DNA from: Lingula anatina
Lineage: Eukaryota; Animalia; Brachiopoda
DNA: 64,000 nucleotides
NCBI GenBank assembly: GCA_051362555.1
Contig: CM120641.1
Coordinates: 21,080,001-21,144,000 of the forward strand
Direction: 5' to 3'
Shown: positions 1-11,628 of the stretch, in pieces
Position numbering within the stretch: position 1 is the first letter of the stretch
Layout of the letters: every line of letters starts with the position of its first letter
Notes under the pieces: generated by a model
Told to the model about the DNA's origin: nothing
Seen by the model: the letters and a program-made list of their open reading frames with translations, nothing else
Database searches by the model: none
Made by a program: the position numbers and the translations under genes

Positions 1-290
1 CTGTGAGTTTCATGACAACAGGCCTAACGGTTTTCCTTAAAATGTGTTTACAGGGTTGCATATATGCTGAAAAGTGAAAAAACAGCATAACTTCTACAAT
101 AATGGCCCGATCATGCTGGTTTTCGAACTTGACCTGCGTTTTATGAATATTCATCAGCTCTGTAAATATTAAGCCAAAAAGTAAAACTGCCCTCCACTTA
201 TCGTGTTTACAAGGAAAGTGCACGGCGACGGCGACGACAGACGCAGGTGATGGCAATATGTACAGACACATCTGTGTCTGTACATAAAAA
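1..290 (-). mobile_element. DINE-1/HINE-like non-autonomous element, copy A (partial, runs off the left edge)
   Basis: Ends in the hairpin TATGTACAGACAC-ATCT-GTGTCTGTACATA plus AAAAA, preceded by a (CGGCGA)n tract. Nearly identical to 63461-63755. Strand follows the DINE-1 convention (T-run and hairpin at 5', CTTGTT at 3'). Confidence 0.75.
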
Positions 291-1449
291 CAGAAAGCCC
301 AATTGTCATTAAACTCCCAGGAATGGTCAGTCTTACTAAAACGCAGGTTGAGTTCCAAAATCAGCATAATCGGGGCATTATTTTAGAAGTTATGCTGTTT
401 TTTCACATTTCCTCAGATTTCCTCAGATTTAATTCTTAGGCATGTTAAAAGCCTTATTATTTAAGTAATAAGATACGTAAAAGTGTTTGTTTGACATTTC
501 CTGCATCTTTACAACATTGTTAGTTGATGATATAAAAATGATGGTAAACTTGTTATCATGTATTGTGTAATCAAGTTTCAAAAATGGAAATAAACTCATA
601 TCATTGCAGTTTGTCAGATTCAATCATCCACTATGTTCAGAATCTCAGAATGGAGGAAATTGGACATTTAACACTGTTCTATTGATACTTTTCTCATCTC
701 ATCAATTTTCTTAGTTGGTCATAAAAAAATGGCAGTAAAATGTTTATTTTGTTTTATGTTTAAAAAAGTGTTAAAAATGGAAATAAACCCATGTCAGAAC
801 AGTGCTGTCTTGTTTCACATTTCCTCAGATTCAATTCTTAGGCATGTTAACAGTCTCATTATTTAACTAATAAGACATGTTAAAGTGTTTGGTTGACATT
901 TCCTGTATCTTTACAACATTATTAGTTGATTATGTAAAACTGATGGTAAACTTGTTATCATGTATTGTGTAATAAAGTTTCAAAAATGGAAATAAACTCA
1001 TATCATTGCAGTTTGTCAGATGCAATCATTCACTATGTTTAGAATCTCAGAATGGAGGAAATTGGACATTTAACACTGTTGTATTTATATTTTTCCCATC
1101 TCATCAATTTTCTTAGTTGATCATATAAAGATGGCAATAACCTGTTAATTTTGTTTTATGTTAAAAAAATTGTTAAAAATGGAAAAAAAAAACATTTCAG
1201 AACAGTGCTGTCTTGTTTACATTTTGGTATTTTCAAGTTGTGACTTTGAAGTTCCATATGGGCCTGAAGACCTTTGCTAGTCACATTTTCTGAATATCCA
1301 TGATACTAATATTTTATTATTAAAATTGATGGTCATTATGCTGTTAAACATTATGTAATATTGCATCAAAATTTGAAAAAAAAACTATTTTGGGCACTGC
1401 TCCCATGATGACCATTTAAGAAAAACAATGTCACTTACTGTTCTCAAAC
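291..1449 (+). mobile_element. Same family, internal fragment (copy B) with a ~410-bp internal tandem duplication
   Basis: Reverse complement of the internal part of copies D and E. Block ~402-813 is repeated at ~813-1218. Neither terminus lies inside the window. Confidence 0.7.
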
Positions 1450-1460
1450 AGTACAGTAAA

Positions 1461-2310
1461 TATGTACAGATGTGTCTGTACATATTGCCATCACCTGTAT
1501 CTGCCGTCGCCGCCGTCACTGTCACCGGCGCTGGCGCCGTGCACTTTCATTGTAAACATGATAAGTGGAAGGCAGTTTTACTTTTTGGCTGTATGTTTAC
1601 AGAGCTGATGAATATTCATAAAACGCAGGTCAAGTTCGAAAATCAGCATGATCGGGCCATTTTAAGGGAAGTTATGCTGTTTTTTAACTTTTCAGCATAT
1701 ATGCAACACTGTAAACACATTTCAAGGAAAACTGATAGGCCTGTTGTTATGAAACTCACAGGAGTAATCGATCTTATTATAACGCAGGTCAGGTTCGAAA
1801 ATCGGCATGATCGGGCCACTGTTTTAGTAGTTATGCTTTTTTCTTCACTTTTCAGCATATATGCAACACAGTAAATACAATATAAGAAAAACAGATGGGC
1901 CAATTGTCATGAAACTCACAGGAGTGGTCATTCCTGCTAAAACGCAGGTTGAGTTCAAAAATCAGCTTAATCGGGCCATTATTTCAAAGAAATGCCGTTT
2001 TTTCACATTTCCTCAGATTCATTTCTTAGGCATGTTATCAGTTTCATTATTTAATTAATAAGATACGTAAAAGTGTTTGTTTGGCATTTCCTGCATCTTT
2101 ACAACATTATTAGTTGATTATGTAAAAATGATGGTAAACTTGTTATCGTGTATTGTGTAATAAAGTTTCAAAAATGGAAATAAACTCATATCATTGCAGT
2201 TTGTCAGATTCAATCATTAAAATTTTGCATCAGAATTGACAGTAGCCTATTTTGTGCATAGTTATTTCCTGTTTTTTTGTCTGTACATTTGACAGCTTTG
2301 CTGCCTTGTT
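1461..2310 (+). mobile_element. Same family, copy C (both termini present, internally deleted)
   Basis: Starts with the hairpin TATGTACAGA-TGTG-TCTGTACATA, then a GCCGTC-rich tract and ~160-bp core repeats. Ends TGTCTGTACATTTGACAGCTTTGCTGCCTTGTT. Confidence 0.75.
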
Positions 2311-2609
2311 CTTTCAGTGAATATTGTGGCTTAATTTTTGCTTTGATTCATATTGTAATTTTATTTGCCAGTAACATGTTTTTATCAGATTCAAGTTTTT
2401 ATAAAGAAAATTGACATGATATTTATTACAGTTTTTGTAACCTTATTGTTCACTATAGTTGATATGTAGTGTAGTATTGATTTTTATTTATTTTTTAGTT
2501 AAATTAATAGTTTGCTAAAAAGGAAAAATTGAAATGAGACTAAATTAACCTGCCTCCATGTTTTCCAGCAAAACACTGCCTACTTGTAACAGAATATTGA
2601 TTTTTACAG

Positions 2610-2742
2610 GTGCCCACAATGGCCATAGAAAAAGTGTTTATTTACAACAACACCTCAATTATCCAAGATGAAGTTTTAGCACACAGATTGGGTTTAATCC
2701 CAATAAAAGCTGATCCAAGGTTATTTGAATACAGACAGAAAG
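2610..2742 (+). CDS. POLR1C: POLR1C exon (VPTMAIEKV...FEYRQK)
   Basis: tttttacag| ... AAAG|gtaagg. Confidence 0.95.
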
Positions 2743-5707
2743 GTAAGGACATATTTTATATGCTGTTATGTTTGAACATCACACTACTTTTGTCGTAGAT
2801 ACTATAATTGTCATGTGTAGAAAAAATGTACCAGTGTGAGAAATAGGAAGAAAGGACAGACAGACTGTTTTTTGTAATATTTTCAGTAAATATCCTCTTG
2901 TATTTGTTTAAGATGACACAGAAGGAACCCCAGAAGACACCATAGAGCTTGAACTAAAAGTGAAGTGCACAAGGAACCCTAATGCATCAAAGGATGCCAC
3001 TGATCCTGATGAAATATACAGGAACCACAAAGGTAATTGAGAGCATTTTGCTTACTCTGTTGCAGTAAGTACAAACTTTCAGAGTTTGTATTAATCATGC
3101 ATGGTATATTAGAGAAACTCTCTCTGCTGCTTTGTTCTACATAAATTCTCTCTGCTATGCAGCAAAAGTCAAAATGAGTCAACATTTTACACAGATTTTG
3201 AAAAAATGGGTGTACTTTGGATAATTTTACCAGAAAGAATTGTTTCTCCTTTTAGTGTTAACCAAACAAATGAAGTGGATACCACTTGGGAACCAGGCAG
3301 AGATGGTAAGAATTTAGATTCAACATTATTTTGGTAGATTAACTGTTGTAAAAAATTGAAAGCTTTTGTTTTTCAGTTATTAGGTGATATATGGATATCA
3401 AATAGTAAAGAGCCTTTCTTCCTGCAAAGAAATACTTTGTTAGTAATACCTTAAAATCAATTCATTTGAAAAGTTTGTTAGCATTGTATCGAAAAGGACA
3501 TTATTCATTTGAAAAGTTTGTTAGCATTGTATCGAAAAGGACATTATTCATTTGAAAAGTTTGTTAGCATTATATCTTAAAAGGACATTATTGTGGGTAA
3601 CCAAAAATGATAAATCTGGAAAAAAATGAAAAAATAGATGAGGTGAAATGTTTGTTGAAAGTTTTAAGTAATTACCATACTGTAATGTGGGCAACCTTGC
3701 TTTTCATAACCAGTTCATGATTTTTATGCTTTATTTAAGTTTATGGATAATGACATTCATCCAGTCCATGATGATATTCTAGTAGCCAAACTAAGGCCTG
3801 GACAAGAGTTGGATTTAAAACTCCACTGTGTTAAAGGCATTGGTAAAGATCATGCCAAGTTTTCACCTGTAGGTAAGTAAGAACCCAAAGGTGGATTATG
3901 GGGCACATGCCTCCCCCTTAAATTTCATGTAAAATATTTGTGGCATGCAGTTATGTAAACCAAAGCAAGATGGGCAGAATTTAACCCAAGTGCCCTCTCC
4001 CCTTTCCATCCTTCACCACCACTACCACATAGTTCAATTGTGAATTGGGGAAATGTGCCCTATTGTGACTGGAATTGCAGTTGATTATTACTCAGTAATA
4101 ATTTTACCTCTAAACCATTTGCAAATGCTACCGAACTTCCAAACAAGTGTAAGATTTTAATATATAATATTTACACATTTCTTATAAAATTTCTTATAAA
4201 ATTTTTTTGTAATACACAAATGTTATTCTATCTCCTGGAGAAAAAGAAATAAGGGAAAAACTTACTGAGCAGGAATTTGGTTCAATTCTTAATAATTGTT
4301 GTAAAACAGGACTGCTTAAATTATTTTTATAGCAACAGCATCCTACAGACTGCTTCCAGACATAACGCTGACAAAACCAGTTGTGGGAGAAAAGGCAGAA
4401 AGACTGCAGAAATGTTTCTCTCCAGGGGTTATAGAAATAGAAGAAGTTCAGGGTGAGAGACTCCATTCAATAAATAGCTAATGCAAATCATCCACTTCCA
4501 GTGGTTGATCAGTCCACATTCTTTTTAATTTATAATTTGGGGCCACACTTAGATATGAATGCTAAAACTTATCTATTTAAGTTAAAGAAAATGAAAAAGA
4601 TAATCTTAATTGCAATGATTGCTCAGCAGCTCCACTCATTTTCTTTTAATCCTAAAATGCTAACCTGACCATAGATATATTTTTTAATTTTTTAAGTTAA
4701 AGGGATAATAACTCTTCGTATGAGATCTATATTTCAAAATAAAAACATTGTGAACAACTCATAGAAATATATTATATTCTGTTTTACCACAAAAACGGCA
4801 GTTATAGCTGTTATTCTGATATCTGACATTGTCTTTAGACCACGTGACCTCCATTGATGGCTATACTCTGTTATAATCTCTTAAGAGATTATAACAAAAA
4901 AAAACAAACATTTTAGAAAAAAACAGGGACTAACTTTGAATGTAAAAATGGATTCATTAACCATTGGTAAGTTGGGGAAAATTGTTGTTTACTCCAGAAA
5001 AATTCATTTTTGGGCCCAAACAAAGAGTTATTATCCTTTTAATGAAAGTCCATCATTTTGTTAAAGAATATGCTATAAAATTTCTAGAAATAGAATGAGA
5101 TTTTGTCAAAAATTAAATTTGATATTTGTCATGAAAGTTTAAAGTGTCTAATTTCATTGTAGGTCAGAAAGTTGCTAAAGTTGTGAATCCTAGAAAAGAT
5201 ACTTGCAGTAGAGAAGTGTTACGGCATGATGATTTGAAAGAATGTGTTCGATTGGGAAGAGTGCGGAATCATTTTATTTGTAAGTATTTAACAGCAAAAT
5301 TATGCTACAGTTAGAGAAATCAGTATATTTTGATATGATAATTTTAAAAAATACTCATTTTAATACTGTCTGAATAAATAAATAATACTTTACAACATTG
5401 ACTTCTTCAGATGCTTACGTGATATCATAGATATAATGTCACAGCTGCCATGATTTTTGTCAAATATTTTTTAATCAGTTTCACATATAATTGTATGGTT
5501 TATAGTAAAAGATAATCATTTATATTAGTGTAACAATTAATGTTTGATATTTATTTCATTTTCACCCTCTCTACTTCAGTCTCAGTAGAATCCACAGGAA
5601 TTCTTCCACCTGATGTTCTTGTCACAGAAGCAGTCAAGATATTGATGGCCAAATGTAGGAAAATGCTGTCAGAACTGGACAAAACACAAGTTGAGACAGA
5701 AAAATAG
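2610..5707 (+). CDS. POLR1C: DNA-directed RNA polymerases I and III subunit RPAC1 (RPC40/AC40); last 7 coding exons, 5' exons outside the window
   Basis: Exons 2610-2742, 2913-3032, 3256-3305, 3740-3872, 4333-4452, 5163-5279 and 5580-5707, all GT-AG and in frame. Motifs [74 protein letters not shown] and [14 protein letters not shown] are diagnostic for RPAC1. Confidence 0.96.
2913..3032 (+). CDS. POLR1C: POLR1C exon ([23 protein letters not shown]...YRNHK)
   Basis: ttgtttaag| ... AAAG|gtaatt; frame continues. Confidence 0.93.
3256..3305 (+). CDS. POLR1C: POLR1C exon ([17 protein letters not shown])
   Basis: ccttttag| ... ATG|gtaaga. Confidence 0.93.
3460..3592. repeat. 43-bp tandem repeat x3 (intronic)
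   Basis: Unit ATTCATTTGAAAAGTTTGTTAGCATTGTATCGAAAAGGACATT at 3460, 3503 and 3546. Confidence 0.9.
3740..3872 (+). CDS. POLR1C: POLR1C exon ([22 protein letters not shown]...HAKFSPV)
   Basis: ttatttaag| ... GTAG|gtaagt. Confidence 0.95.
4333..4452 (+). CDS. POLR1C: POLR1C exon ([11 protein letters not shown]...[13 protein letters not shown])
   Basis: tttttatag| ... CAGG|gtgaga. Confidence 0.95.
4701..5038. mobile_element. MITE with TTAA target site (Kolobok-like termini)
   Basis: TIR AGGGATAATAACTCTT at 4701 pairs with AAGAGTTATTATCCTT ending at 5038 (1 mismatch). TTAA flanks both sides (4697-4700, 5039-5042). Confidence 0.7.
5163..5279 (+). CDS. POLR1C: POLR1C exon ([22 protein letters not shown]...RNHFI)
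   Basis: cattgtag| ... ATTT|gtaagt. Confidence 0.95.
5580..5707 (+). CDS. POLR1C: POLR1C last coding exon ([15 protein letters not shown]...ETEK*)
   Basis: ctacttcag| ... TAG at 5705-5707. Confidence 0.95.
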
Positions 5708-5848
5708 CACAAGTCTGCATATCCACATTGACTTGTGAAAAGCGTAAACTTGGACGAGGCAAATGTCCTCCTCACTCCTCATCTTCACTGATTTGTTTCC
5801 ACTTGGAAGTCAGTCATGAGGCTTTACTTGTAATATTCAAGTTTGTCG

Positions 5849-5854
5849 AATAAA
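5849..5854 (+). terminator. Candidate POLR1C polyadenylation signal
   Basis: AATAAA ~140 nt after the stop codon. Confidence 0.45.
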
Positions 5855-6643
5855 AGCATATATGGCATTGATTGTGAGAAAGAGACTTGACACCATATGT
5901 GTAAATGAGCATCAAGACATCAGTTGTAAACTTGTGCCTTCAGATGTTTTGATTTCCAAAAAAGTTGTTAAGAGGAAACTATTTAAAAGTGCATTCTAGA
6001 AATATTGCCATCTCATGTACCTGTACTAAGATTTTCTTCACGGAAGTAATGAAATGAATGTGGTGAAATTGTAGTGTACAACTGACAAGCACATTTGGTG
6101 TGGGCCATGGCTAGGCAAAGACTGATTCCTGACAAGATACTAGTAAGAATTGGTCTAGGTTTAAAATTGTGCACATTTCTCTAAACTAGACATGCTGCCA
6201 GGAATGGGATTTTTCTGACTTTCAATTGTTTGCAGACTTTCTGGGAGCCCAAAAAATTGGCTTAGGCTGCCCCCTGGACCCATGCCATAATTTTCCAACT
6301 TTTTCACTAAATGGCAGTCTCATCCCTGTACTGCTCATTATATATTCCAATGACAATAGTGTAAATTTCCAATCTTAAAACATAAAAACGAGAAAAAAAT
6401 TTGGTTATTTCAAAGGTTATATTAAGCAAGGTGCTGGATGACCTTCATCTCTGATCATGCAGTCAATAATTAGTCAAATGAAATTATTTTCTTTCAAGTT
6501 GTTCTTTTCTCTTCAAAAGGGGCACTTTTTATTATGTATGTGCTTTTGAAATAATGTTTGCTGTATAAGCTGGAAGCTTCTAAATGCTTTAACATTCACA
6601 CACAGAAAAATGAAGAACATTACTTGGACTATTCAACATGTAA

Positions 6644-6649
6644 TTTATT
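6644..6649 (-). terminator. Candidate PTK7 polyadenylation signal
   Basis: TTTATT on + (AATAAA on -) at the end of a ~1.2-kb stretch downstream of the PTK7 stop that is U/UG-rich on the - strand. Confidence 0.5.
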
Positions 6650-7807
6650 TTCTTCCACAATATATATATATACTGTAGCTTAAAGCTGTCCATAAGTCAC
6701 ATTCATTCAGTATGTGAAATATAATATACAACAATAGTTGTGCAGCTGACACAATATGGAATTTTACAACATAATTACACTATGTACAAGACCACATTAA
6801 CACAATGGACACTGGCTACATTATATTTAAGTGGCTCATTGCAAATAATATCTTAAAAAATTATCAGTATTTGCGGACAGCAACAGAATAATATAAACAT
6901 GTTATGTCCCCATTAAAATTTCAAATTATACATCTATCTAGGATTTCAAATTAGATCCTAATAACAAATCTTTTCACAAATGCCTAATGTACTTAAAATA
7001 CCTTATTAAGGCTCAAAGTATACTTTATAAGTCCATTATTTCTTAACATCATACATAAAATGGGAAGGAAAAATGTAAATGTATAAAATTGTACAACATT
7101 AAACTGACATATAAAATGCTTTATGCGCTGTGCATAACATTAAAGGCATACAACTTTGGGAACATCGCAGAGATCTGCTCCTTAAAATGTCTATAATATA
7201 AGTAGTCTGGTACAAATGAATATACAAATCAACGCATTAAATCACCCTCAAAGATAACGTGAAAATGATGTAATACACAATAAATGTAATACAGCACCAT
7301 GTTGCCCTCTATGTCAGGGCATTTTCTAGAAAATACTTAAAAGAAATTATATCTATAACTTCATGAGAACCCAATTGCTTTGGCTTAAAACTATCAAGAG
7401 TGATTCCTTCTTGAATTCTGTCGTGATCATGCTTCTTAGGTCAAAAGAAATTGGAAAGTTGCAGTTAAACCTGCTTGTCAAAACTGGTTCTTTACCACTA
7501 AATGCCTCCGTCCACAAGCTCATTTTGTTACACAAAAGTCACAAAAGCAGTCTTTATTCAATTCTGTCTTACTTGAAGAATGTCCTGCATTTTTTTATTA
7601 CATAGCACATGCTGTAGAAATTCCTACATGTTTTTCTAGATCAATATCTACTGCCATTTGCAACAGAACCTGCAAAAAAAATATAAGACGCTGAACTGGT
7701 CTCTTCTAAGAGGCACATTCTTGGCTGTGCAAAAAAGCCTGAACCAACTTATCAAAAACTTTTAACGTGTATAAATAAACATATCTCTTAGATTTGAATT
7801 CCTACAG

Positions 7808-8392
7808 CTACACATCACTGTCCACAGTCAATTCCCCAATGAGTACCACAATTTCACTAAATGTTGGCCTCTCTTTAGGGCAGTCTGCCCAGCACCTCAT
7901 CATAAGAGTCTGTAACTCTGCAGGGCACTGCTGAGCTGGCAAAGAGGCTGGCTGGAGGAGATCACCACTCTTCATTGCCTGCAACAGGTCCTCATTTGAC
8001 AGGTCCCCGAATGGCATATCCCCCTGTGAGAATACTTCCCACATGAAAATTCCAAAAGCCCAAACGTCACTTTTTGTGGAGAGATCATCATCTAAGACTG
8101 CCTCATGGGGCATCCAACGTATAGGTATTACTGAATCGCGATACCGATAATACTCAGAAGAGTAAAAATCGCGACTTAGTCGAAGGTTTGCAACTTTGAC
8201 ATTCAAATCAGGTGCTAACAGCACATTTCTTGCTGCAACGTCTTTATGCACCAGGCGTCTGGTGAATATATGTTCCATTCCCAATGCAACTTGGTTGCAC
8301 ATTGTTACTTTTTGTGCTATTGTTAATGCTGGGATTTTGAGTCTCTTTCCACTTTCTTTCCTTGATGTGAAAAGGAATTGCTTAAGATCACC
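7808..8392 (-). CDS. PTK7: PTK7 exon 17 (pseudokinase C-lobe to stop)
   Basis: tttttcag|GGTGATCTT; GDLKQFL...HKDVAARN...TVDSDV*. Confidence 0.96.
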   Translation of the reverse strand, partial: GDLKQFLFTSRKESGKRLKIPALTIAQKVTMCNQVALGMEHIFTRRLVHKDVAARNVLLAPDLNVKVANLRLSRDFYSSEYYRYRDSVIPIRWMPHEAVLDDDLSTKSDVWAFGIFMWEVFSQGDMPFGDLSNEDLLQAMKSGDLLQPASLPAQQCPAELQTLMMRCWADCPKERPTFSEIVVLIGELTVDSDV

Positions 8393-11300
8393 CTGAAAAA
8401 TTAAGCAATGATATTTCATAGAATAGCTTATAAACTGACAATTCAGGAAACGCTCTCTCTGACAATCAACTGAAGCACTGTCCTTGGCTTTTTAAACCTC
8501 CTCCAGTTTTTAAAAGTTACAAACCCCAGATTCAATAATGTTTCTTTGTTTGACTACCAATAATTAACTTTCTCAATCTTTTCCAAATTTTACTCTTTTC
8601 TTCTTCTATCATGCCAAACATATAAGTTTGCAAAACATATAAGTTTGCAAAAACCCCAATATTTTCAAAATATCATAACAAGGAATTTTACAAAATCTTA
8701 CCCATTCAAGGTATTCAGTCATCATAAACTGTGGCTCGCGGTCTCTGCACACACCCATCAGTCGGACAACAAACTCGCTGTCCAGTTTACTGAACATGTC
8801 TATCTCTTGGCGAAACTCAAACTGATGGTGTTCATCCTTACTGAGTAGAGATTTTACCACAACCAGAGTCTCCACTTCACCATCCTTGATATTTTTTGCT
8901 TTGGCAAGAAAGACATCTCCATATTCACCTCGACCTAGAGGATAAATATTGATGTAAATAAACAATTTTTTGTCATATTACGGTATGAAAAATGTGTTTG
9001 TGGGATAACAAAACACACACAACGTTTGAATGGGTAAAGACATTTTGAAATGTCAAACTGTTTATAAAAACTGCAAATAGATCAACAACTTTACTGTGTG
9101 CACCTTTTTTAGCAAGAGATCATTTTGTTGCTTTTAACTAATAACTTTCAACAAAAACACAGTAGACATTGCATTATTCCCAAGTCGAAACATCCGCCAA
9201 ATTATATTACCCAGCATTCCAATGGTCTGGAGATCATCTCTGGGGAACTTGAAATTATGTAAGCTGGATCTTTTCTTGGACCTGCTGCTGGAGGAGTGGG
9301 AGGGGTGGGAACTGGTCCCAGAAAAGTGGGAGTTGGCCCCTGAGACGTGGGAGTGGACATCATCACTCCTGGTGGTGTGAGAGTGCGAGCTACGGGACTG
9401 ATTCCCCATCAATGTTTCTTGTTCTGGATTCTTAATTTCACCATTTTCTGTGACTGAAAGGAAGACAATAATTTTTCTACTTTAGTTAGCTGCAACATTC
9501 CTGATTTCAAAATATATAATTTTCACAAAGAATTAAAAGAGTGTACAATATTATCGTATCTTCCTTGACATTTTCCACTCAAGTTATTTAATAGGTATTT
9601 TTTTCCCATTTATTACTTAAATATACACATTTACAAAAAAATTTACACAACCTCATGCATGTAACTATTTGAAACTGTTTCAAGTATATAAAATCAAGGA
9701 CCTTGCTCTCAGTCAAGATCAATTTACCTGCCACCATGTTATCCACATTTTTCTTCCTCCTCTTCCTCAATAGCCTAATACTACACACCACTACCAGAGT
9801 GACCACTAACACCAGGTAGGCCACTGCACTGACCACTGCAATGATGACCGTCTTCATGGCACTGGTGTTGGTCTGTCCACTCTCCCCAGTGACCACCTGA
9901 CCATGGGTGTCTATGTGAATGATGTCGGAACCTTCGACTGGACCACTAGGATCCATACCTACAAAAAGAACACAAAAATATACTGTACGAAGCTTTAGAA
10001 AGTATCACAATATGAAGACTGTCACTGGAAATATTACATTTTATTGTTGTCCCAAAACATTGGCGATAGCTAATTTTGGAACACTTGTAGCAAAATAAAT
10101 AAATAAATTGCTACTAAAGAGCTGAAATTGTAAGGCTTATTCTGCAAGTTAACAGCACACTACTTGTTATGTAGGGACAAGAGATTCATGTAGAGATTTT
10201 TGCCTTACTTTTGACCTTGAGATACATCTCCTCTCTGGCAAACCCTCCATTGTTCCCTGCTGTACAGCCAAACCTGGCCTGGTCCTCCACATACACCTCA
10301 GTGATGAACAGGGACCCGTTAGATTGCACCTGAATTTTCAAATTAATATAATAAAATTTAAGTTGCCAGTTTATGTTCTGCTTTATATTATATAAGTTGC
10401 CAAAATTAGGAGTGTATGATTTGTCCACTTCTTTAGGTAATCAATTTGAAAACAATCCATTTCACAGATGATGTGCCTTTGTAGAAACCGCATTTAAAAA
10501 AGCAAGAATCATAATATCCCATAAAAATATTTCTATATTCTAAAAGTTAACATAATATCTGACTTGTTTTCAAAGAAATTAAGTAATTGAAAGACATATG
10601 GATGTTCTTGTCCAGTGTAAATTAATACATGGTTTTATATCTTTTATTGCTTTTAGGCAATGTATGTAAATAAGCAGCGACTCCTGTAAGTTACCTGAAA
10701 CCTGTTCTTCTCCCCATCATCAATATTTCTGATGAGTTCTCCATTTTTGTCCCACTGAACAGCAGGTTGTGGGTCCCCTGCTGCCACACAGTTCAACATG
10801 ACTGAAGACCCCTCTACAGCAGTGTCGTTCTGAGGCTTGACCCGAAACCAGGGCTTGACTGGAAAATGATTAAAAATAAATCAAACCTGATAAAGAATAC
10901 TGTGAAATCTTTATTATTTCATAATTTTATATAATAGCAATGGGAGATCCATAAACCGTTGCCATTCTGTAAATTTATCAAGAAAAAGAGCTAGACTGAT
11001 ACAAATGTTATACAATGAAAAGTGAAAGATTTGCTGTGTTTCATCTGCTGCCTCAAGATTCAAATAATTAATATGTCAATTAATTGCTCAAGATATTAAC
11101 TTATAAGAGAAATAATTTTTGTACCAGTAAGTAATGTGCAAGATGTGCACATTTATAAGAACAAGGCAGCAAAGCTGTCAAATGTACAGACAAAGAACAG
11201 AAAATAAAGATGCAAATAAGTGAAAAATTAAATTTTCACAAAAAACTGTTAAATTGCCAGAAAAATTTACCAAACAGACTGCGTTGCCTATTGAAGCTGT

Positions 11301-11597
11301 ATGTTAGACCCATGTTTCTTTCCTGTAAGTTTGAGAACAGTAAGTGACATGATTTCCCTTAAATGGTCATCATAGGAGCAGTGCCCAAAATAGGGGTTTC
11401 TTCAAATTTTGATGCAACATTACATAATGTTTAACAGCATAATGACAATAAAATGTTATTAATAAAATATTAGTAACATGGACATTCAGAAAATGTGACA
11501 AGCAAAAGTCTTCAAGATCATGGAACTTTAAAGTCACACCTTGAAAATGCCAATATGTGAAAAATTAAATTTTCACAAAAAACTGTTTAACTGCAAA

Positions 11598-11628
<31 letters not shown>

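Noticed and set aside
1-290. Window start matches 63461-63755, suggesting circularity or a segmental duplication
   Set aside because: Similarity stops exactly at the element terminus (GTACATAAAAA) and the flanks differ, so these are dispersed TE copies.
1428-2058. ORFs of 148, 86 and 65 aa with internal repeats (also 11853-12164, 63327-63509, 63613-63855)
   Set aside because: They are chance translations of the HINE-like tandem core, with no Rep, helicase or transposase motifs.
8196-8848. Plus-strand ORFs over PTK7 exons, and similar antisense ORFs at 2979, 4194, 5551, 13980, 18873, 20668, 25518, 58957 and 60042
   Set aside because: Antisense shadows of real exons or of the LINE RT, with no independent coding signal.
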